A stretch of DNA of 64,000 nt from a bacterium (GTDB taxonomy: Bacteria > Patescibacteriota > Minisyncoccia > UBA6257 > GWB1-50-10): NCBI GenBank assembly GCA_021801565.1, contig JAJYXV010000003.1:68894-132893 (forward strand). Direction: 5' to 3'. Below the pieces are notes generated by a model that ran no database searches, was not told the DNA's origin, and saw only the letters and a list, made by a program, of their open reading frames with translations. The translations under genes were made by a program, and so were the position numbers. Below are positions 58,792 through 64,000 of this stretch, piece by piece. How positions within the stretch are numbered: position 1 is the first letter of the stretch; every line of letters starts with the position of its first letter.

Positions 58792-59664
58792 ATGAATGAA
58801 ATCTTTCCAAAAGTTAATCCCACACCAGGGGATGAAAAGAAAATGGAACAGGTTCTTTATAAAGCAAAAGAGATTTTGGCAGATGCTGTGGCGGATGATA
58901 GAGAAAAAAGGGTTAATATAGAAAAAGGGAACAAAAATTTTCCCAAACTTGATTCCACACCAGAAGATGAGGAAAAGATGGAAAGTATTCTCAATGAAGC
59001 GAGGGAAATTTTGGCGTGTGCTGAAGAAGATGACGAAAAAAGAAAAAGAGAACAAGCACTCGAAGAGTTTAATTTTATAGATGGTAAATATGCCGAGGAT
59101 TTTTGGGAAGATAATAAACCATCCAAAGAGGAATTACAGGAAATAGGGAATACTATAAAGAGAATCGAGAAAGAATTAAAAGATGAAAGCAGCGATTTTT
59201 ATACAAATACGGAAAAAGGTTCTGTCAGTGAATTATTTTTTAAAACCCTAGCCGAAGAGATACCGAGTTTGGATATTTCGATAGACGAGAATGCTGTCGA
59301 TATGAATGGTGTCTTACTTAGTAATTACGTTGCCGTGAGAACGGTCCCTTATAAAACGGATAGAGAATTTATTTGGGATTTATATCATAATGAGACTATA
59401 CATACGTTAGTTAGTCCAGAGTATTCTTCTCAAGAAGATATAAAAGAATTAGAAAAATCAGGAGTAATACCAAAAGATTTTCATCATCGCGCCTTGGTGA
59501 AACAGTATGAGTTTTATGCAAAAAAATGGCCTGATAGTGCAGATTTTTGGAAAGGAGAAATAGCAGAGCTTGGAGATGTGATTCCATTTTCCAATGAAGA
59601 AATACAGGAAATAATGAGGAAAATTATATTAGACGAATTTAAAAAGAGACTCAACGGGGATTAA
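58792..59664 (+). CDS. Acidic hypothetical protein with a duplicated ~45-aa N-terminal unit
   Basis: FPKVNPTPGDEKKMEQVLYKAKEILA versus FPKLDSTPEDEEKMESILNEAREILA. Confidence 0.75.
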   Translation: MNEIFPKVNPTPGDEKKMEQVLYKAKEILADAVADDREKRVNIEKGNKNFPKLDSTPEDEEKMESILNEAREILACAEEDDEKRKREQALEEFNFIDGKYAEDFWEDNKPSKEELQEIGNTIKRIEKELKDESSDFYTNTEKGSVSELFFKTLAEEIPSLDISIDENAVDMNGVLLSNYVAVRTVPYKTDREFIWDLYHNETIHTLVSPEYSSQEDIKELEKSGVIPKDFHHRALVKQYEFYAKKWPDSADFWKGEIAELGDVIPFSNEEIQEIMRKIILDEFKKRLNGD

Positions 59665-59706
59665 GAGAGGTTTTTAAAAGCCTCTTTTTTGTTTTATAAT
59701 AAGCAA

Positions 59707-59808
59707 ATGAAAATTCTTTTTGGCAACTGCCCCGCCTTCGTTAAAACTCCGGCGGGATTGCGATTTATTTCCGATTCTTATCGGAAATAAATCGGGAAGA
59801 AAATGAAT
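59707..59808 (+). pseudogene. Abandoned duplicate 5' stub of tpiA split by nested palindromes
   Basis: ATG AAA ATT CTT TTT GGC AAC TG[69-bp insert]G AAA ATG AAT = MKILFGNWKMN, matching the functional start MKKILFANWKMN. Confidence 0.75.
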
Positions 59809-59817
59809 TTTAATTTT

Positions 59818-60507
59818 ATGAAAAAAATACTATTTGCAAATTGGAAGATGAATCCAATGACGGAAAATGAGGCGGTGAAGCTTGCTCGAGCGAGTGATGT
59901 TAAAGATGCGGTACTTATACCGCCGTTTCCTTTTTTGAAAGCGGTAAAAAATGTTTTGAAGAATGCGTCACTTGGTGCACAAGATGTTTTCTATGAAGAA
60001 GAGGGAGCGTATACGGGTGAAGTGTCTCCTCAGATGTTAAAAAAACTTGAGGTGAAATATGTAGTTGTCGGGCATTCGGAACGCCGGCGCCTTGGAGAAA
60101 GTGATGAAATGATTGCAAAAAAGATGAAAGCGGGGACTGATGTGGGGCTAAAAGTTATTTTATGCGTTGGGGAACCTCTTTCTGTTTATAAAAAAGGAAA
60201 GAAGGTAACAGAAGAGTTTATAAAAAAACAGTTCAGATTTATTAAAGATAAAAAGAATCTTATTATTGCGTATGAACCGATTTGGGCAGTCGGCACGGGG
60301 AAAAATGCTGATCCGGAAGATGCAGCACGCGTTGCACGATTTATAAAAAGCATTGTTTCAGTGCCTGTATTGTATGGTGGTTCAACAAATTCAAAAAATG
60401 CGGAAGATTTTTTGAAGAAAAAAGAAATTGCAGGACTGTTGATTGGCGGAGCGAGTATTGATGCGAAGGAATTTCAAAAGATGATCAAAATCGCAAAGCG
60501 ATTTTAG
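59818..60507 (+). CDS. tpiA: Triosephosphate isomerase
   Basis: ANWKMN, GAYTGEVS, GHSERR, AYEPIWAVGTG, YGGS, LIGGAS. Confidence 0.96.
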   Translation: MKKILFANWKMNPMTENEAVKLARASDVKDAVLIPPFPFLKAVKNVLKNASLGAQDVFYEEEGAYTGEVSPQMLKKLEVKYVVVGHSERRRLGESDEMIAKKMKAGTDVGLKVILCVGEPLSVYKKGKKVTEEFIKKQFRFIKDKKNLIIAYEPIWAVGTGKNADPEDAARVARFIKSIVSVPVLYGGSTNSKNAEDFLKKKEIAGLLIGGASIDAKEFQKMIKIAKRF

Positions 60508-60542
60508 TTTATAAAGTCCGTAAAGTTTAGAGTTTTTAAAGT

Positions 60543-60611
60543 ATGAAAGAAGAACGAATATGCCACAACTGTCCGCCCAAGGCGGATCAGCCTCGGGCTG
60601 ATAAATATTAA
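60543..60611 (+). pseudogene. Abandoned duplicate 5' stub of the downstream Cys-rich gene ending in a double palindrome
   Basis: MKEERICHNC[PPKADQPRAD]KY* versus functional MDSQTKVCQNC; insert TCCGCC-CAA-GGCGGA plus ATCAGCC-TCG-GGCTGAT. Confidence 0.65.
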
Positions 60612-60613
60612 CT

Positions 60614-62425
60614 ATGGATAGCCAAACTAAAGTTTGTCAAAACTGTCATCAAAGATTCTGGATTGAATCCGAAGATTTTGATTTCTACAAAAAAATAGAT
60701 GTGCCCATGCCGACATGGTGTCCGGAATGTCGGAACTTAAGACGGATGATGTGGCGGGAAGAACGAACTCTCTATAAGAATACATGCGGACTATGTGGGA
60801 AGCAGATCATCACGATTCATGCTCCTGGGACTCCCTTTACTGTGTACTGTCGAGAATGTTGGTGGTCGGATAAGTGGGACCCGATGGATTACGGTCGCGA
60901 GTATGATTTCTCGCAGCCGTTTTTTATACAATACCGGAAACTTCTCGAGGTGGTTCCTCGACCAGCATTCACCGGCACTAATCTCGTTGAAAGCGACTAT
61001 TCGCACGCGTGCCAAAATCTTAAAAATTGTTACTATGTGTTTTGGAGTTATTTTTCGGAAAATTCCCAATTTGATTATGGACTTTTATTTTCAAAGGATA
61101 CCTATGACTCCTATGTCGTTGATAATTCAGATCATGTTTATTCTTCACTCCATTCGAATCGCCTCTATCGGACGCAGTTCGGATATTTTTCTGATGAATG
61201 TCTTGATTCCGCGCTTCTTTTTAATTGCGTTGGGTGTTCGAATTGTTTTGGATGTGTGAATCTGAGAAAGCAAAAATACTGTATATTCAATCAAAAATTT
61301 TCCAAGGACGAATATGCAAAAGAAATTGCAACGTGGGATTTGGGAAGCTATAAAAAACTTGAGGAAGCAAGACAAAAATTCAGAGAATTTTATTTTTCTC
61401 TTCCGCGCCGATATGCTCATATTTTAAACAGTCAGAATGTTACTGGAGACATCATTCGAGATACAAAAAATTGCAAAACGTGCTTTTCCGCGCTTGATAA
61501 TGTAGAAGATTGTAAATATATCTATTTTGGCGGATTGAATCTCAAGGACAGCTATGATGTAAGTGGAGGAGGAATAAATTCCCAGCTTCTTTATGAAATT
61601 TATGCCATGACAGGAAACGTTGAGCGATGTTTCTTTTCGGCGGGAGGAAATGATTCTATTGACACGATGTATTGTGATTGGGCAAGAAATTCATCTGATT
61701 CTTTTGGGTGTGTGTCGGTCCAGAATAAAAAATATTGTATATTGAACCGGCAATATACAAAAGAAGAATATGAAGCGCTCCTTAAGACGATACGAAAGCA
61801 CATGGATGACATGCCATATGTGGACAAAAAAGGAAGGGTGTATAAATTTGGAGAATTCTTTCCGCCGGAATTTTCCGCGTACGCATATAATGAATCTGCC
61901 GCATTTCCTTGGTATTCAAGAACCAAAGAGGAAATTCTCGAGGAAGGGTGGCAATGGCGGGACGAAGCAGAACGGAATTATAAAGTCACATTGAGACAGG
62001 AAAACATTCCAGATCACATAAAAGATGTTTCTGATTCAATTTTGAATGAAATTATCGAGTGCAGACATTCTACAAGTTTATGGCAGACAGAACATAAAGC
62101 ATGTCTTGATGGATGCACGAAAGCATTCCGGCTTACTAGGGAAGAATTGGCGTTTCATCGAGAAATGAATATCGCTTTACCCCGCCTTTGCCCCAATTGT
62201 CGGACGGCTGAGATACTCTCATGGAGGAATGGATTTCATCTCTATAAAAGGAAATGTCAATGTAACCAATTAAAGACTAAAGACCAAAAACTGATAACAT
62301 ATGCAAATACTGCAGAACATTTTCATGGAAATGGGCCATGTCCAAATGAGTTTGAAACGACTTTTTCTCCAGAGTCAAAAGAAATTGTGTACTGTGATGA
62401 ATGTTATAAACCTGAATTTTTATGA
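60614..62425 (+). CDS. Large Cys-rich hypothetical protein (multiple zinc ribbons plus short Cys/aromatic repeats)
   Basis: CQNC, CPEC, CGLC, CREC, CFGCVNL..K.YCI.N (twice), CPNC, YCDECY. Confidence 0.85.
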   Translation: MDSQTKVCQNCHQRFWIESEDFDFYKKIDVPMPTWCPECRNLRRMMWREERTLYKNTCGLCGKQIITIHAPGTPFTVYCRECWWSDKWDPMDYGREYDFSQPFFIQYRKLLEVVPRPAFTGTNLVESDYSHACQNLKNCYYVFWSYFSENSQFDYGLLFSKDTYDSYVVDNSDHVYSSLHSNRLYRTQFGYFSDECLDSALLFNCVGCSNCFGCVNLRKQKYCIFNQKFSKDEYAKEIATWDLGSYKKLEEARQKFREFYFSLPRRYAHILNSQNVTGDIIRDTKNCKTCFSALDNVEDCKYIYFGGLNLKDSYDVSGGGINSQLLYEIYAMTGNVERCFFSAGGNDSIDTMYCDWARNSSDSFGCVSVQNKKYCILNRQYTKEEYEALLKTIRKHMDDMPYVDKKGRVYKFGEFFPPEFSAYAYNESAAFPWYSRTKEEILEEGWQWRDEAERNYKVTLRQENIPDHIKDVSDSILNEIIECRHSTSLWQTEHKACLDGCTKAFRLTREELAFHREMNIALPRLCPNCRTAEILSWRNGFHLYKRKCQCNQLKTKDQKLITYANTAEHFHGNGPCPNEFETTFSPESKEIVYCDECYKPEFL

Positions 62426-62589
62426 ACTTATTTTGGCGTTTTAAAAAATATAAGATTCTTTTTCATATACTTTCTCAATTGGGCATGTTTCGATTGAAGA
62501 TATTTTTCCATAGGCTAGTGAGAAAATAAAAATAATCCTTGTAGATTTAGGTATTTATGAATATATGAATTTTAGGGTATTATAAAAGT

Positions 62590-63357
62590 ATGACGCGCGG
62601 GACAAAAAAAATTATATATGGAGTTTTTTATCTTTTTATCTTTGGGTTAATTTTTTATTGGCTATTTGGCGGTTTATTTATAAAGGCGCCGACATGTTCT
62701 GATGGTATTCAAAACCAAAATGAAACGGGAATTGATTGTGGTGGAGTATGTACAAAGTGTGAAATTACAGAACTTTCTCCATTGAGGCAGGTGGGGGATG
62801 TCCGTGTATTTTCTCTTGAAGGAGGAAAAGTAATTTTACTTGCGGAAATATTAAATCCAAATCAATTCTTTTCTTCGGATAGATTTTCGTATACGTTTAC
62901 CGCGTATAATGCGCGGAATCAAGAAATTGAAAGAATACCAGGGAATGACGCAATTTTTGCACTTGAGAAAAAGTTTATATTTGAACCGAGAATTTCTTCT
63001 TCTGCAAAAGATATAAGTAAAGTCGAGCTCACATTGTCCGATACATCATGGAAAAAAGCGTATGAAATGCTTCGTCCCGACGTGGTTATATCATCAGCGG
63101 TTGAAACAAAAAACACGGATCAGGGAATACGCGTATCCGGAAGTGTAAAGAATCAAGGTTCTGTGCTCGCTTCCGAAGTGAGAATTACTGCAATTTTATA
63201 TGACAAATATGACACGGAAATTTTTCCAGGACAGACAATATTATCAGATCTCAGTGGATTAGAAGAGAAACCGTTTGTCGTTTCATTTCCGGAAAACAAA
63301 CAGATTACGGACGAGGTTGATTTTTCCCGTACGAAGGTATTTTTAAGTACACAGTAA
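62590..63357 (+). CDS. Membrane-anchored exported protein with Cys-rich motif and Ig-like domains
   Basis: TM, TCSDGIQNQNETGIDCGGVC, V.G.VKN....A..V.I.A.LYD (FxLYD-like). Confidence 0.7.
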   Translation: MTRGTKKIIYGVFYLFIFGLIFYWLFGGLFIKAPTCSDGIQNQNETGIDCGGVCTKCEITELSPLRQVGDVRVFSLEGGKVILLAEILNPNQFFSSDRFSYTFTAYNARNQEIERIPGNDAIFALEKKFIFEPRISSSAKDISKVELTLSDTSWKKAYEMLRPDVVISSAVETKNTDQGIRVSGSVKNQGSVLASEVRITAILYDKYDTEIFPGQTILSDLSGLEEKPFVVSFPENKQITDEVDFSRTKVFLSTQ

Positions 63358-63368
63358 TTTTATAAGTC

Positions 63369-64000
63369 ATGACTACAGTACACGGGAAACGCTTTGATTG
63401 GGGGATTTTCTTCTCTATTTTCATTCTTGCGGTGGGAAGCTTGTTATCTCTTGCGAGCACAAATCCGACGTTTTTTCATCGGCAAATACTCTGGTATGTT
63501 GTAGTGTTTCTTCTTATTTTTTTTGGAAGGAAAATAGATTGGCAGTGGTTGGGAAGTCAGGGATGGTTTCGTCACGGACTCTATTGGGGGGGCATTGGGT
63601 TTCTGGTTTTGTCTCATCTTCAACATTCCACTATTCGCGGTACGAAGAGCTGGTTAGTGATTGGAGGATTTCAGTTTGAACCAGTAGAGATTGTAAAAAT
63701 CGGACTATTATTTATCCTGGCGCATTTTTTTTCTCGGCGTCATATTTCAGCATCGCAGACAAAAAATATTTTTCTTTCCCTTTTCTATACTGCGGTTCCT
63801 GCCGGACTTGTTATTACACATCCCGATTTTGGTTCAACACTCATTATCGTCGGAATATGGATCGGATTTCTCTTTGTGAGCGGAATACAAAAAAAAAGAT
63901 TGTTGTTGGGTATTGTTGTGACAATCCTTCTTTTTGTTGTGTTATGGACTTCGTTTTTGAAACCATATCAAAAAGACCGGCTTACTGCGTTTGTATTTCC
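63369..64000 (+). CDS. rodA: SEDS-family protein RodA/FtsW (partial, runs off window)
   Basis: Manual translation: FDW, RQILW, IRGTKSWL.IGGFQFEPVE..K, HPDFGS; open to the window end. Confidence 0.85.
   Translation, partial: MTTVHGKRFDWGIFFSIFILAVGSLLSLASTNPTFFHRQILWYVVVFLLIFFGRKIDWQWLGSQGWFRHGLYWGGIGFLVLSHLQHSTIRGTKSWLVIGGFQFEPVEIVKIGLLFILAHFFSRRHISASQTKNIFLSLFYTAVPAGLVITHPDFGSTLIIVGIWIGFLFVSGIQKKRLLLGIVVTILLFVVLWTSFLKPYQKDRLTAFVF

Noticed and set aside
62066-62089. Possible decayed repeat insert encoding HSTSLWQT in the Cys-rich gene
   Set aside because: No intact palindrome or second copy in the window; cannot be supported without an ortholog alignment.
699-63679. Numerous 60-220 aa antisense or alternate-frame ORFs in the track (e.g. 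22199-22864, 24625-25254, 26463-27026, 50772-51416, 63398-63679)
   Set aside because: They overlap well-supported genes or tRNAs and lack recognisable motifs; treated as shadow ORFs.
1-64000. Alternative genetic code (TGA read as Gly, code 25)
   Set aside because: Conserved genes are uninterrupted under code 11 and several end at TGA (e.g. rluD, smc).

Overview
AT-rich chromosomal window from a reduced-genome bacterium, most likely Patescibacteria/CPR (Parcubacteria-like). This placement is inferred from the short SMC, short EF-Ts, GAD-less AspRS, rplK without rplA, and several CPR-type hypothetical proteins; TGA is used as a stop (code 11). Most of the window is housekeeping genes: eno, rluD, rplS, gyrB, secE-nusG-rplK, gatB, miaA, thrS, dnaE, rnhB, rpmF-nusB-rnc-smc, rpsP-khpA-trmD, rpsB-tsf, aspS, uppS, dnaX, ychF, scpAB, mraY, tpiA and a partial rodA. 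It also holds three tRNAs (Leu-GAG, Tyr-GTA, Gln-TTG), cell-envelope hydrolases and an ECF-sigma/MacAB-like operon. The most striking signal is non-coding. Two stand-alone ~80-aa GIY-YIG nuclease genes each stop 5-7 nt before an intact tRNA, and duplicated pieces of that tRNA nearby are interrupted by precise 18-19-bp GC-rich palindromic inserts (consensus H-CCGCC-NNN-GGCGG-WYMAR at the tRNA-Leu locus). Similar inserts interrupt abandoned duplicate 5' stubs of tpiA and of a Cys-rich gene, and a decayed copy appears to sit in frame inside cfa. Other dispersed elements are an AATGTTCT..AGAACATT palindrome family tied to a small wHTH gene, two CCCGT..ACGGG MITE-like elements, a repeated structured-RNA-like motif, short-period (7-10 nt) microrepeats and a 6S-RNA-like candidate. 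No CRISPR array, rRNA, integrase or transposase was seen.
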